This document shows, one piece after another, positions 1-11,997 of a stretch of 64,000 nt of DNA (positions within the stretch are counted from its first letter, which is position 1; every line of letters starts with the position of its first letter). The notes beneath the pieces are model-generated. The model searched no databases. It was given only the letters and a program-made list of their open reading frames with translations, and was not told the DNA's origin. This DNA is from an uncultured Gammaproteobacteria bacterium (lineage in GTDB: Bacteria; Pseudomonadota; Gammaproteobacteria; DRLM01), in contig CAVSNY010000007.1 in assembly GCA_963729605.1 (NCBI GenBank), positions 224,001 through 288,000 on the forward strand, given 5' to 3'. The translations under genes were made by a program, and so were the position numbers.

Positions 1-779
1 GTGAAACCCTGATCGCTGATCGACGCGATGGCCGCCGCTTCCAGCGCCGCTTCTTCGCTGAGCGGCGGCAGGATGGAGGTGAGCCGCGAGGCCAGCATGG
101 TTTTGCCGGTGCCCGGCGGACCGATGAACAATACATTGTGGCCGCCGGCGGCGGCGATTTCCAAGGCGCGTTTGGCGTGATGCTGGCCGCGCACGTCGCG
201 CAGATCGGCGTCGTGCGGCGCGGGTGCCGCCGCCAGGTTTGCCGCGGGCGCGTGCGGCGCGAGGCGGGTCGTACCGCGCAGGTGTTCACACACTTCCAGC
301 AAATGCCGGGCGCCGAACACCACCGCGTCCCGCGCCAGCGCCGCTTCGTCGGCGTTGACGTGCGGCAGGATCACCGCGCGTCCCGCGTTGCGGCTGTGCA
401 AGGCGAAAGGCAACGCGCCGCGGACGCTGCGCAATTCGCCGGTGAGCGCGAGTTCGCCGACGAATTCGTAGGTGTGCAGCGCGTCGCTGGGAATTTGCCC
501 GGAGGCGGCGAGGATGCCGAGCGCGATGGGCAGGTCGAAGCGGCTGCCGTCCTTGGGCAGATCGGCGGGCGCCAGGTTGATGGTGATGCGCCGCGCGGGA
601 AAATCGAATTGCGCGTTCAACAAGGCGGCGCGCACCCGGTCCTTGCTTTCTTTGACGGTGGCCTCGGGCAGGCCGACGATCGACAGGCCGGGCAGGCCGT
701 TGGCGAGGTGCACCTCGACGGTGACGGTCGGTGCGCTGATGCCGTCCTGCGCGCGGGTGTGGATGACAGCGAGGGACAC
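1..779 (-). CDS. comM: YifB/ComM family Mg-chelatase-like AAA+ ATPase (5' part; runs off the window start)
   Basis: Manual translation from GTG at 779 gives SLAVIHTRAQDGISAPTVTVEVHLANGLPGLSIVGLPEATVKESKDRVRAA...ITINLAPADLPKDGSRFDLPIALGIL, with Walker A GPPGTGKTMLA near positions 95-125. It is absent from the ORF track because it is open-ended. Confidence 0.93.
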   Translation of the reverse strand, partial: MSLAVIHTRAQDGISAPTVTVEVHLANGLPGLSIVGLPEATVKESKDRVRAALLNAQFDFPARRITINLAPADLPKDGSRFDLPIALGILAASGQIPSDALHTYEFVGELALTGELRSVRGALPFALHSRNAGRAVILPHVNADEAALARDAVVFGARHLLEVCEHLRGTTRLAPHAPAANLAAAPAPHDADLRDVRGQHHAKRALEIAAAGGHNVLFIGPPGTGKTMLASRLTSILPPLSEEAALEAAAIASISDQGF

Positions 780-879
780 GGTGCGCCTTTCTTTATGAGG
801 CCTGTGTATGTCGACACGTCGCCGCGGGCGGCGTCGTGTCTGCGACATTATTCCCGAGACGCCTCCCCGTCGCCAGGGA

Positions 880-1158
880 CTAAACGACCGGATTGCCGGG
901 CTGCGTGATCCGCGTTTGGTCGCGGCCTTCCAATTCGGCGATCTGCCGTTGCAGGGCGTCGAGCTGCAGGCGGGTGCGGGCCAGCAGCGCGGTTTGTACG
1001 TCAAATTCTTCGCGGGTGACCAGATTCAGTTTGGCGAAGCCGCTCTGCAGGATCGCGCGGAAGTTTTTTTCGGCGTCCTGCTGGAGTTCGCGTACGCCGG
1101 GCGGGAGGGCCTTGGCCAGCCGTTCCGCGAGTTGGTCGAGTAGGTGGGGATCCATCAT
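880..1158 (-). CDS. ubiK: Ubiquinone biosynthesis accessory factor UbiK (YqiC/BMFP family)
   Basis: Motif FAKLNLVTREEFDVQTALLARTRLQLDALQRQIAELE; conserved ubiK-comM / glnK-amtB synteny. Confidence 0.9.
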   Translation of the reverse strand: MMDPHLLDQLAERLAKALPPGVRELQQDAEKNFRAILQSGFAKLNLVTREEFDVQTALLARTRLQLDALQRQIAELEGRDQTRITQPGNPVV

Positions 1159-1233
1159 GGCGCTGCTCCTCGTCGGTTTTATGTAGACGTGAGCCAGTCT
1201 ACTGCAATTCATAAAAAGTGCACCAGGGGTGCG

Positions 1234-1250
1234 CGCACCGGACTGGTGCG
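1234..1250. promoter_or_regulatory. Putative NtrC enhancer site upstream of glnK
   Basis: cGCACC-ggact-GGTGCg matches the GCAC-N7-GTGC NtrC consensus, about 95 bp upstream of the sigma54 site. A weaker half-site occurs at 1263-1280. Confidence 0.7.
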
Positions 1251-1343
1251 AAGGTTTTTTATCGCATCCAAGATGGTGCGCGAGGCCCGTCCGGGCTAGG
1301 CCGGATCTTAATCATATCGCTGAAATTCAGCGCCTTTTTGCAG

Positions 1344-1359
1344 TGGCACATATCGTGCT
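1344..1359 (+). promoter_or_regulatory. Sigma54 (-24/-12) promoter of glnK-amtB
   Basis: TGGCAC-ATATCG-TGCT has exact GG-N10-GC spacing; glnK-amtB is a classic sigma54/NtrC target. Confidence 0.8.
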
Positions 1360-1418
1360 GAAGGCTAGACCGTAGGCCGTTTGGCGAGGCACCGTAAGCT
1401 GGGGGCCCGCGCAAATAG

Positions 1419-1844
<426 letters not shown>

Positions 1845-1858
1845 GCGGGGAGTTAATC

Positions 1859-3298
<1,440 letters not shown>

Positions 3299-3320
3299 TC
3301 CACCAGATACGTCGGTACTT

Positions 3321-3349
3321 ACGGGCGCCTTAGGGCGCCCGTTTTTTTT
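3321..3349 (+). terminator. Rho-independent terminator after amtB
   Basis: ACGGGCGCC-TTAG-GGCGCCCGT hairpin followed by a T run. Confidence 0.85.
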
Positions 3350-3424
3350 ACCGCTCAAAAAGCGGTGTTGCAAGTTAATCAACTGGAAAACGCCGGGTCG
3401 CGTAAAGCGTCCCGGCGGCCGTGC

Positions 3425-3661
3425 TCAAAGGCTATTGTGGGTGCCGTCGCAAAACGGTTTGTCGTTGCTGTGTTTGCAGCCGCAGAGGGCGAGGGGCGCT
3501 TTCGAGGTGACGGTGAATTTGACCGGGGAAAATTCGCTGCCTTTGTGCGAACCGTCGCAGAAGGGTTGGTTGGCGGATTTGCCGCAGGCGCACCACCAGT
3601 AATCGCCCGGCGCCAACTGGACAACATAGGGGGATTTTTTCGCGATCGTCGGTTCAGCCAT
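3425..3661 (-). CDS. CDGSH iron-sulfur domain protein with two CDGSH motifs
   Basis: WCACGKSANQPFCDGSH and LCGCKHSNDKPFCDGTH. Confidence 0.92.
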   Translation of the reverse strand: MAEPTIAKKSPYVVQLAPGDYWWCACGKSANQPFCDGSHKGSEFSPVKFTVTSKAPLALCGCKHSNDKPFCDGTHNSL

Positions 3662-3888
3662 GCTGTTCTCCTTCTCGGCCAGTGCGGCGCGGTTGCGCCG
3701 TGGCGCCGATTTAAAGCTGGTCTCCTTGCGCTGTCAAGCTGGGCGCTCATCCGTGGCGGCGGAGCCGGATTGATACACGGCGCGCTGCGCGACCGATCGT
3801 TTGCGGCGTGAGCGGGAAATATAAAACGGCCGAGGCGTTTTTTTGATGTTGACGGCGATGCCGGCCGTTCGCGCGCATCGGGGTTTTT

Positions 3889-6285
3889 TCAGCAGATCAC
3901 CAAGGGCGGAGCGCCGGCCATCAGTTCGGCGGCGGACACCGGTGCGCCGAACAACCGCCCTTGCGCCAAGCGGCATTCATGCTCGAGCAAGAAATCCAGT
4001 TGCGCCTGGTTTTCCACGCCCTCGGCGATCACCTCCAAATCCAAACCGCGGGCGAGGGCGATGATGGCGCTGGCGATGGCGGCGTCCTCGGCGTTGTGGG
4101 TGACGTCGCGCAGAAAGACGCGGTCGATTTTGAGGCCGCTGACGGCGAGTTGTTTGAGATGGCGTAACGAGGAATAACCGGTGGCGAAATCGTCGATGAT
4201 CAGCCGGACCCCCAACTGGGCCAGGGTCTGGCAGTGGCTGACGATGAGATGTTCGGCGCTGGTGAGCGCCGACTCGGTGAGTTCGAGGGCGAGACAGTGC
4301 GCCGGCAAGCCGGTTTCATGCAGGATGTCTTTGACCATGGCGGTGAAAGTGGGATGGCGGAGCTGGCGTTTGGAGACGTTGACGGCGACGCGCAGCCGCG
4401 GCCAACCCTCGGCGTGCCAGTGCGTGGCCTGGCGGCAGGCGTTGCGCAAGGCCCATTCGCCGATCTGGATGATCAATCCCGATTCCTCGGCGTAGTTGAG
4501 AAAGGCATCGGGCCGCAAGAGGCCGCGTTGCGGATGTTGCCAGCGCAATAAAGCCTCGACGCCGATGATGCATTGCCGGCGCAGATCGAATTGCGCCTGA
4601 TAATGCAGCAGCAGCTGTTCTTCGGCGATGGCCTTGTGCAGCGCGCTTTCCAGTGAAAATCGCTCGTTGGCGCCGACGCTCATTTGCGCCTCGTAAATCT
4701 GGTGACCGCCCCGCCCGGCGCCTTTGGCGGCGTACATGGCGGTATCGGCGTATTTGAGCAAGTCCTCGGCGTTGGCGCCGTCGCGCGGAAACAGGCTGAT
4801 ACCGATGCTGGCGCCGACGAAGACCTCGTGTTCCTGTAAGCGGAAGGGCCGCAGAAAAATCCGCAGCAGACGTTCGGCGATTTGACGGGCTTCCTCGGCG
4901 TGACCGATGGGGTAGGCGACGATCACGAATTCGTCGCCGCCCAGGCGTGCCACCAGGCTCTCGTTGTCGCGGGTCGGGTTGTCGCTGTGGGCGGCGTCGC
5001 GCACGCTTTGGCGCAGGCGTTCGGCGACCAGGTGCAGGAGTTGATCGCCCACGCTGTGGCCGAGACTGTCGTTGATGTGTTTGAAATGATCGAGGTCGAG
5101 AAAAAGGATGGCGAGTTGACGGTCGCTGCACCGCGCCGCCGCCAGGGCCGCTTCCAGACGCTGCCGGAAGTGTTCGCGATTGGGCAATTGGGTGAGGCTG
5201 TCGTAATAGGCGAGTTGGCGGATCTGTTCCTCGGCGTGTTTATTTTCGGTGATGTCGCGCAGTACGCAGACGAAGGTGGCGGGCGTGCCGTCGCGGTCGC
5301 GCATGATCGAGACGGCGATGCCGAAATGGCGGTTCGCGCCGTCGGAACGGGGATAGACGGTTTCGTAATGGCTGAGGGGGTTGCCGTCCAGCAGGCTTTG
5401 CAGGGTGTCGGCTTTCAAACCCAGCGCCTCGCCCAGCCGGGTGTCCAAGATATTTTTATTGTCATAACCGAGCATATCGCACGCGGGTTGATTGGCGAGA
5501 CGCACGATGCCGTCGGTATCCAGCAGCACCAGGCCGTCGTTGATGGTTTCGATGATCTTCTGCGCGGCGTAGGCCGGTGTGATGTCGATCAGCCGGTAAC
5601 GCCAAGTGACGTAGGCTACCAGCGCGGTCAATGACACCACCCCCAGATAACCGAGCGGCAACAGCGGAATGCCGAAGGCCGGGGCGAAGTCGGCGCCGCC
5701 GAAAATGCCCATGGTGAAAAACAGGCCGAGATATTTGGCACGGCGCCGGTTGTTGCTGCCGGGTCGGGCGCGGCGGTAGGCCTGCCAGAAGATCCGCACA
5801 TCGACTATCCAGATCAGCGCGAGAAAAATCACGAAGGCCAGACCGGCCCAGCCGTAACGCGGATGATAACTCCACGGATACGCTTCGGGCGCGGCGAGAA
5901 ACCAGTCCGTGCCGAAACACAGGGTGATGAACAACAGGGTGATGCCCCACACCGCCCGCAGCCAGAGTTTGCATTGCGCGGCGCGATCGGCGACCACCAC
6001 GGTGAAATGATAGGTCGCGGCCGGAATGATAATGATGCCGACGTGGGCCAGCCGGCCCCAGTCCATGGCAACTTCGGCATCGATGGCCAGATACATCCAG
6101 GCGTACGCGAACACCCAGATGAACAGGGCGAGTATCAAAACGGTGAGAGGCGATGCGGCGCGTGAGCCTTTCTCGCGGGCTATCGTGAGTATGCCGAGCA
6201 GGAGTGTGATGGCGGCGGTGATGAATAAGGGGACGGCGTGGGGATTGAACGCATAATGGTCTGCGCTGAGCAGCGGTGCAAACAT
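3889..6285 (-). CDS. 7TM-PAS-GGDEF-EAL diguanylate cyclase/phosphodiesterase
   Basis: N-terminal hydrophobic helices, a PAS domain, RLGGDEF, EALLRW and DDFATGYSS. Confidence 0.92.
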   Translation of the reverse strand: MFAPLLSADHYAFNPHAVPLFITAAITLLLGILTIAREKGSRAASPLTVLILALFIWVFAYAWMYLAIDAEVAMDWGRLAHVGIIIIPAATYHFTVVVADRAAQCKLWLRAVWGITLLFITLCFGTDWFLAAPEAYPWSYHPRYGWAGLAFVIFLALIWIVDVRIFWQAYRRARPGSNNRRRAKYLGLFFTMGIFGGADFAPAFGIPLLPLGYLGVVSLTALVAYVTWRYRLIDITPAYAAQKIIETINDGLVLLDTDGIVRLANQPACDMLGYDNKNILDTRLGEALGLKADTLQSLLDGNPLSHYETVYPRSDGANRHFGIAVSIMRDRDGTPATFVCVLRDITENKHAEEQIRQLAYYDSLTQLPNREHFRQRLEAALAAARCSDRQLAILFLDLDHFKHINDSLGHSVGDQLLHLVAERLRQSVRDAAHSDNPTRDNESLVARLGGDEFVIVAYPIGHAEEARQIAERLLRIFLRPFRLQEHEVFVGASIGISLFPRDGANAEDLLKYADTAMYAAKGAGRGGHQIYEAQMSVGANERFSLESALHKAIAEEQLLLHYQAQFDLRRQCIIGVEALLRWQHPQRGLLRPDAFLNYAEESGLIIQIGEWALRNACRQATHWHAEGWPRLRVAVNVSKRQLRHPTFTAMVKDILHETGLPAHCLALELTESALTSAEHLIVSHCQTLAQLGVRLIIDDFATGYSSLRHLKQLAVSGLKIDRVFLRDVTHNAEDAAIASAIIALARGLDLEVIAEGVENQAQLDFLLEHECRLAQGRLFGAPVSAAELMAGAPPLVIC

Positions 6286-6706
6286 GAAGCCCCCTACAGT
6301 CTAGTGGCTTTACCGTCTCATGGCTGGAATAGGCGGCTCTCCTCGATCAAGGGCGGACGTCTCACCATGGTGTTATAGGCGGAGCGTGAACGGATACCGG
6401 GTAAGGGCCGGCGGTTGAGACGGAGCGTCGGAGAGCGGTCATAATCGTGCGTCATCATTCCTTGAATCGGCTCCATGGTTTTGGCTAGTTGCCGCCCTGA
6501 TTTTAAATCCATGCGATAACAGAGCTAATTTAAAGTATGGTCTTTTGGTGTGCTTGGCGCAAGTCGTGTTTGCCGCGTCGAAGAGTCGTGGTTGAGTTGG
6601 TACCCATGTCGAAAGAAATAACCAACCGGCATTTTTTACGACGGGGAATCGCTAGAATAGCGCGGGTGGTTACGCCAAGACCTCATTTTGCGGATCGTGT
6701 TCTGAG

Positions 6707-8074
6707 ATGAATTCATTGTTGATGAATCTGCGCGCGGGTGTGCGCTTGTTGTTTTTCCGTGGACTCGCCGCCGCCGATTATCGGGTTTCCGCCGATCAGC
6801 TGGTGCTGCTGGCCGGTTTGCTGACCGGTCTGTGGTTTTGCGCCGATTGGCTGCGCGCGCTGCCGGACCCCGCGCTCAATGTGTATGCCTTCGCCGATTA
6901 TGGCCTGCTGTGGTCGTGCGTCTTGTTCGCCGCTTATTTGGTGAGCCGCTTAATACGCGTGCCCGCCGCGGCGCTGGCCTTGCCCGTTTTAATCTTGAGC
7001 GCCGCCTTGCCCCTTTCTATTTTGCTATTGGTGGTGGACGGGCTGGCGGCGAGCGAGTTTCCGGACCTCTTGGTTTGGATCGCCGGCGGGTATTGGTTAT
7101 GGCTGGCGCTGGCGGTGGCGCGGGCCTTGTATCTGGTCATGGGCCGCAGCGTCGTAGGCGCGGTGGGCGGTTTTCTGTTCATGGTGGCGGTGAATATATT
7201 GCCGCTGTGGGTGGTGAGGCTCGGCCAGTTCTGGGAGCCGGCACCCGCGTGGGCGATGGATCAGGCCGCGCTCCCGGCCGTCGATGCCGAGGCGGTGTTT
7301 TACGATCAGCCGGCGCGGATGGCGCACACCCTCGCCGCGTTGCGGCCGCAGCGCCCCGGCGTGAGCGATGCCTACTTCATCGGATTTGCCGGCGACGCCT
7401 CGCAGGCGGTGTTCGCGAAAGAGGTCGGTTATGTGCGGGCCTTGTGGGATGAAAAATGGGATACCCGCGGCCGCTCGCTGGCCTTGGTGAACGATCCGGC
7501 GACGGTGGGCGAGACGCCCATCGCCTCGGTGACCAATTTGAATACCGCCTTGCGCCATATCGGGCGATTGATGGATCCCGCCGAGGATGTGCTGGTGTTG
7601 TTTCTCACCAGCCATGGCTCCGAGGATTTTGAACTGACGGTGAACTTCGCGCCGCTGGCGCTCAATCCGCTCACGCCGGAACAGCTTAAAGCCGGCTTGG
7701 ACGAGTCCGGTATCAAATGGCGGATCGTCATCGTCTCCGCCTGTTATTCCGGCGGGTATGTGGCGGGCCTGCGCGATCCCTACACCGCGGTGATGACCGC
7801 CGCCGCCGCGGATCGCACCTCCTTCGGCTGCGACACCGAGCGCGACTTCACCTATTTCGGCGAGGCCTATTTTCGCGACGAACTGGCCCGGGGTGTATCG
7901 TTGTTGCAAGCCTTCGAAAACGCCACGGCGCGGATCGCTCAACGGGAGCGGGCCGAGGGCTTGACGCCGTCATTGCCGCAGTTGTTCGTAGGCGATGAAA
8001 TGGCCGCGCGTTTACCGCTGTGGGAGACGGCATTGCATGAACGGCGTTGCGGCGCTCAAGTCGGCGAGTGTTAG
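6707..8074 (+). CDS. Membrane-anchored peptidase C13 (caspase/legumain-like) family protein
   Basis: Catalytic His/Cys motifs LFLTSHGS and IVSACYSGG, plus RTSFGC; N-terminal transmembrane segments. Confidence 0.85.
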   Translation: MNSLLMNLRAGVRLLFFRGLAAADYRVSADQLVLLAGLLTGLWFCADWLRALPDPALNVYAFADYGLLWSCVLFAAYLVSRLIRVPAAALALPVLILSAALPLSILLLVVDGLAASEFPDLLVWIAGGYWLWLALAVARALYLVMGRSVVGAVGGFLFMVAVNILPLWVVRLGQFWEPAPAWAMDQAALPAVDAEAVFYDQPARMAHTLAALRPQRPGVSDAYFIGFAGDASQAVFAKEVGYVRALWDEKWDTRGRSLALVNDPATVGETPIASVTNLNTALRHIGRLMDPAEDVLVLFLTSHGSEDFELTVNFAPLALNPLTPEQLKAGLDESGIKWRIVIVSACYSGGYVAGLRDPYTAVMTAAAADRTSFGCDTERDFTYFGEAYFRDELARGVSLLQAFENATARIAQRERAEGLTPSLPQLFVGDEMAARLPLWETALHERRCGAQVGEC

Positions 8075-8106
8075 CGGCGCACGGTTATCATTAACCCGCA
8101 ACTCAA

Positions 8107-8160
8107 GGAACCTCTGAATTTAATCAGAGGTTCCCGCGACATACGGAGGTACCGCCTTCA
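8107..8160 (+). mobile_element. Partial copy (one end) of the IS5-like MITE family
   Basis: GGAACCTCTGAATTTAATCAGAGGTTCCCGCGACATACGGA matches the ends of the copies at 13769 and (reverse complement) 28019. Confidence 0.65.
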
Positions 8161-8199
8161 GCCCACTGAGTTCCCGTTTTAATATGTCAACAAGGGAGG

Positions 8200-8610
8200 T
8201 CAGTCGCCGATCTCCAGCGGAATTTCGGCCACGGCGTCTTCGCACAGGCGATAGCCGCGCAATTCCAGTACGCCTTTGGTCTGTAGCGAGATGATGAGAT
8301 ACACGGCTTCGGGGTAAGCCGCTTCGTCGATGTCGGCCCGGGAAGGAATCGGCGGGGTGTCCGGATGCGAGTGGTAAATGGCGTACAGGGTTTCGCCGCG
8401 CTCCCGCATGACGCGCAGCGCCGCGATTTGTTGCGCGGGGTCCATGATGAACACGCGCCGCGGCTCGCCGGCGCTATTGGCGATGGGATAACAGCTCACC
8501 GGCACGCCGCCGTGGCCGCCGAGCAGGCCGCAGACTTCCTGTTGCGGATATTGCTGGGCGTGCTCCAGCAGTTGGTTTACCAAGCCTCGCGGCAGGTGTT
8601 GCGTATTCAT
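8200..8610 (-). CDS. JAB/MPN (Mov34, M67) metallopeptidase, Mec-like
   Basis: EVCGLL and the JAMM motif IYHSHPDTPPIPSRAD. Confidence 0.9.
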   Translation of the reverse strand: MNTQHLPRGLVNQLLEHAQQYPQQEVCGLLGGHGGVPVSCYPIANSAGEPRRVFIMDPAQQIAALRVMRERGETLYAIYHSHPDTPPIPSRADIDEAAYPEAVYLIISLQTKGVLELRGYRLCEDAVAEIPLEIGD

Positions 8611-8613
8611 GGT

Positions 8614-9480
8614 TCAGTCTCGTTGTCCCAGGGTGACCCGTGGCCGGTCCGCGTAATCGGACAAGGTTCTTACTTGATGATAGTGCAGCAGATCCAGTAA
8701 TTCCGCCACCGCCGGCCCTTGTTGATAACCATGTTCCAACAGCAGCCAGCCCTGTGCCTGTAAATGGGCCGGCGCGGCCTGCGCGAGCCGGGTGATCATT
8801 TCCAGGCCGGTCGGCCCCGCCACCAGCGCGCCGCGCGGTTCGGCGGTCAAGTCGCCGTCGAGTAAATGCGGGTCGTCTTCAGCGAGGTAAGGCGGGTTGG
8901 AACAAATCATGTCGAAGCGTTCATCGCGCAGCGCGGCGGTGCCGTCGCCTTCGCGAAAACTCAGATTGCCAAGGCCCAGCTTTTGCGCGTTGTGCGCGGC
9001 GATCGCGAGGGCCTGCGGCGAGATGTCGGTGGCGACGATCCGGCAACGCGGCCGTTCGCTCGCGATGGCCAGCGCGATGGCGCCCGAGCCGGTGCCGATG
9101 TCGGCAATGCAATAATCGCGGTCCGGCGGGATGCGTTCCAAGGCGAGTTCCACCAGGCGTTCGGTGTCGGGGCGGGGAATCAAAGTGTGGCTGTTGACGT
9201 GAAGATTCAACGACCAGAATTCGCGCTGGCCGGTGAGATAGGCGACCGGCCGGCCGGCGGCGCGCTCCTCGATCAAAGCGAAAAAATCGCACCGCTGCTG
9301 CGGAAGCAAAACCTGCTCCGGCCAGGCGCGCAAATGGCTGCGCGGTTTATTCAGCGTGTGGGCGAGCAACACGTCCGCGTCGAGGTCGGCGCTGTCGGCG
9401 CGTATGCCGGCGAGCCGCGCGCGCGCGGCGGCCAGGGCGGCCGCGATGGTCAGTGAATGTGCCGGGCGGTTCGCGTTCAT
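8614..9480 (-). CDS. prmC: Release factor glutamine methyltransferase
   Basis: LIPRPDTE, DIGTGSGAIA, SNPPY; lies downstream of prfA. Confidence 0.95.
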   Translation of the reverse strand: MNANRPAHSLTIAAALAAARARLAGIRADSADLDADVLLAHTLNKPRSHLRAWPEQVLLPQQRCDFFALIEERAAGRPVAYLTGQREFWSLNLHVNSHTLIPRPDTERLVELALERIPPDRDYCIADIGTGSGAIALAIASERPRCRIVATDISPQALAIAAHNAQKLGLGNLSFREGDGTAALRDERFDMICSNPPYLAEDDPHLLDGDLTAEPRGALVAGPTGLEMITRLAQAAPAHLQAQGWLLLEHGYQQGPAVAELLDLLHYHQVRTLSDYADRPRVTLGQRD

Positions 9481-9491
9481 GGCGCGCGTCG

Positions 9492-10573
9492 TTATTCGCT
9501 CAGCGTCGCCAGCTGTTCGGTCTGGTGTTCGTTGATCAGCGGGTCGATGAGTTCGTCGAGATTACCCTGGATGATGCTTTCGAGCTTGTAGAGGGTGAGA
9601 TTGATGCGGTGATCGGTGACGCGGCCCTGCGGGAAATTATAGGTGCGGATGCGTTCCGAGCGGTCGCCGCTGCCGACTTGCAGGCGGCGGGTCTCGGATT
9701 GCTGCGCGGTCTGTTTTTCGCGCTCGGCGGAGAGCAGCTTGGCCTGCAACAGCGACATGGCGCGCGCGCGGTTCTTGTGTTGCGAACGTTCGTCCTGGCA
9801 TTCCACCACCACGCCCGAAGGCAGATGGGTGATGCGGATCGCCGAGTCGGTTTTGTTGACGTGTTGGCCGCCGGCGCCGGAGGCGCGGTAGGTGTCCACT
9901 TTGAGGTCGGCGGGATTGAGCGCGATGTGATGAATCTCTTCCACTTCCGGCAACACCGCGACGGTGGCGGCGGAGGTGTGGATGCGGCCTTGCGCCTCGG
10001 TCTGCGGCACGCGCTGCACGCGGTGGGTGCCGGATTCGAATTTGAGGCGCGAATACACCCCATGGCCGATCAGGCGCAGCACCACTTCCTTGTAGCCGCC
10101 GTGTTCGCCGAGACTCTCGCTGATCAGTTCGCTCTGCCAGCCCTGCTGTTCGGCGTAGCGGGAATACATGCGGTACAAATCGCCGGCGAAGATCGCCGCT
10201 TCGTCGCCGCCGGTGCCGGCGCGGATTTCCAAGAAGATGTTGCTGTTGTCGAGTGGATCGGTCGGCAGCAGGAGTTTGCTCAATTCCACTTCCAGCGTCG
10301 CGGCGCGCGCGGTGGCCTGTTGGAGTTCTTCATCGGCCATCTGTCGCACGTCGAGGTCGGGATCCTGCATCATCGCGCGCGCCGCGGCGATGTCGGCGAT
10401 CGCGCCTTGATAAGCTCGAAACAGGCCACCACCGGATTGAGCTGGGCATATTCTTTCGACAGATCGCGGAAACGCTCCTGCGACGTGATCACGTCCGGAT
10501 CGGCGAGGAGCGCATCGAGCTCCTGCAGCCGTTCGGAGAGGGTCTCCAATTTGCCGCGTATCGAGGGTTTCAC
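9492..10573 (-). CDS. prfA: Peptide chain release factor 1, split into two frames by a one-base frameshift near 10418
   Basis: The N-terminus [19 protein letters not shown]...[13 protein letters not shown] is in the 10370..10573 frame. The remainder ([10 protein letters not shown]..., PQT motif, GAGGQHVN) is in the 9492 frame. Confidence 0.9.
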
Positions 10574-10582
10574 GCTGGAAGG

Positions 10583-11845
10583 CTACGAGTGGGGATCTTT
10601 GAGGTCGAAGAGTTCGCGGGCGATGTCGAGGACGTCGGAGCGGCCCTCGAAACCCGCTTGGCGCATGTGCACGCTGGGCGAGTGTATCAGTTTGTTGGTG
10701 AGGGCGCGGCCCATTTGAAATAACACTTCTTCCGCCGGCATGCCGCGGGCCAGCAGGCGTTTGGCCTTGGCGAGTTCCTGGTCGCGCAGCCATTCCGCGT
10801 TGTCGCGGTACACGCGGATGGTGGCCACCGCGTCCAGCGAACGCAGCCAGCCCATGAAACGCGCCACCTGGTTTTCGATGATCTCTTCGGCCTGTTTGGC
10901 GGCCTCCTGCCGCGAGCGCAGTCCCTCTTGGATGATCTCCTGCAAATCGTCCACCGCGTACAGATACACGTCGTTCAGTTCGCCGGCCTCGGGCTCGATG
11001 TCGCGCGGCACGGCGATGTCGATCATCAGAATGGGGCGGTGTTTGCGTTGTTTGATGGCCCGTTCGATGGCGCCTTTGCCGAGGATGGGCAATTGGCTGG
11101 CGGTGGAGGAGATCACCAGGTCGGCCTCGGCCAGATGGGCGGGGATGTCGCTCAGGGAAATCGCGTAACCGCCGAATTCGGTGGCCAAAACATGGGCCTT
11201 TTCCACGGTGCGGTTGGCGATGATCATGCGGCCGATGCCGTGTTCATGGAGATGGCGGGCGGTGAGTTCGATGGTCTCCCCCGCGCCGATCAGCAGGGCG
11301 GTGTGTTTGGAGAGGTCGCTGAAGAACTGTTTGGTCAGACTCACCGCGGCGAAGGCCACCGAGACCGGGCTGGAACCGATGGCGGTGTCGGTGCGGACCT
11401 GTTTGGCGACCGCGAAGGTGTGCTGGAACAAGCGGCCCAGCAGGGTGCCGACGGTGCCGTTCTGCAGGGCGGTGAGATAGGCCTCCTTCATCTGGCCGAG
11501 GATTTGCGGCTCGCCTAAAATCATGGAATCGAGGCCGGAGGCGACCCGCAGCAGATGGCGTACCGCGAATTGATCGGGGTGAAGGTAGAGATAAGGACCG
11601 ATCTCTTCGCCCTGAAGTTTGTGATAGTGTTGGAACCAATCGATCACCGATTGCGAGTGATCTTCTTCCACGCAGCAGACGATTTCCGTGCGGTTACAAG
11701 TGGATAGAATCGCCGCCTCTTGCACCGCGGGCAGGGTGGTCAACTGGCGAAGCGCGTCCGAAATCTGCGGCGGAGCGAAGGCCACCCGTTCCCGGATGGC
11801 GATCGGCGCGGTTTTATGATTTATTCCAAACGCTAAAAGAGGCAT
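10583..11845 (-). CDS. hemA: Glutamyl-tRNA reductase
   Basis: [41 protein letters not shown]; start taken at MPLLAF. Confidence 0.96.
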   Translation of the reverse strand: MPLLAFGINHKTAPIAIRERVAFAPPQISDALRQLTTLPAVQEAAILSTCNRTEIVCCVEEDHSQSVIDWFQHYHKLQGEEIGPYLYLHPDQFAVRHLLRVASGLDSMILGEPQILGQMKEAYLTALQNGTVGTLLGRLFQHTFAVAKQVRTDTAIGSSPVSVAFAAVSLTKQFFSDLSKHTALLIGAGETIELTARHLHEHGIGRMIIANRTVEKAHVLATEFGGYAISLSDIPAHLAEADLVISSTASQLPILGKGAIERAIKQRKHRPILMIDIAVPRDIEPEAGELNDVYLYAVDDLQEIIQEGLRSRQEAAKQAEEIIENQVARFMGWLRSLDAVATIRVYRDNAEWLRDQELAKAKRLLARGMPAEEVLFQMGRALTNKLIHSPSVHMRQAGFEGRSDVLDIARELFDLKDPHS

Positions 11846-11997
11846 GGCATCAGGCCGACATAGACTTTGATCATTCTGCGGTACTTCTTGGGTGGGTGGC
11901 AAGTTTAGCTAATAATTATCCTTAGGATGAAGTAATGGTGGGCAAAAACTTGTCTGTAGCGAATGAGATTCATACCTTGTGGCTGGCCGTACGGAGA

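Noticed and set aside
138-908. 256-aa plus-strand ORF at the window start
   Set aside because: It is antisense to comM, which is the real gene but is missing from the track because it is truncated.
8200-8610. JAB peptidase as part of a CBASS/Bil-type ubiquitin-like defence system
   Set aside because: It sits in the housekeeping hemA-prfA-prmC operon with no E1/E2, cyclase or effector nearby. A Mec-like sulfur-carrier role is more parsimonious.
10574-10793. N-terminal extension of the 433-aa prfA ORF overlapping hemA
   Set aside because: It is an artefact of the frameshift; the authentic RF1 N-terminus starts at GTG 10573 in another frame.
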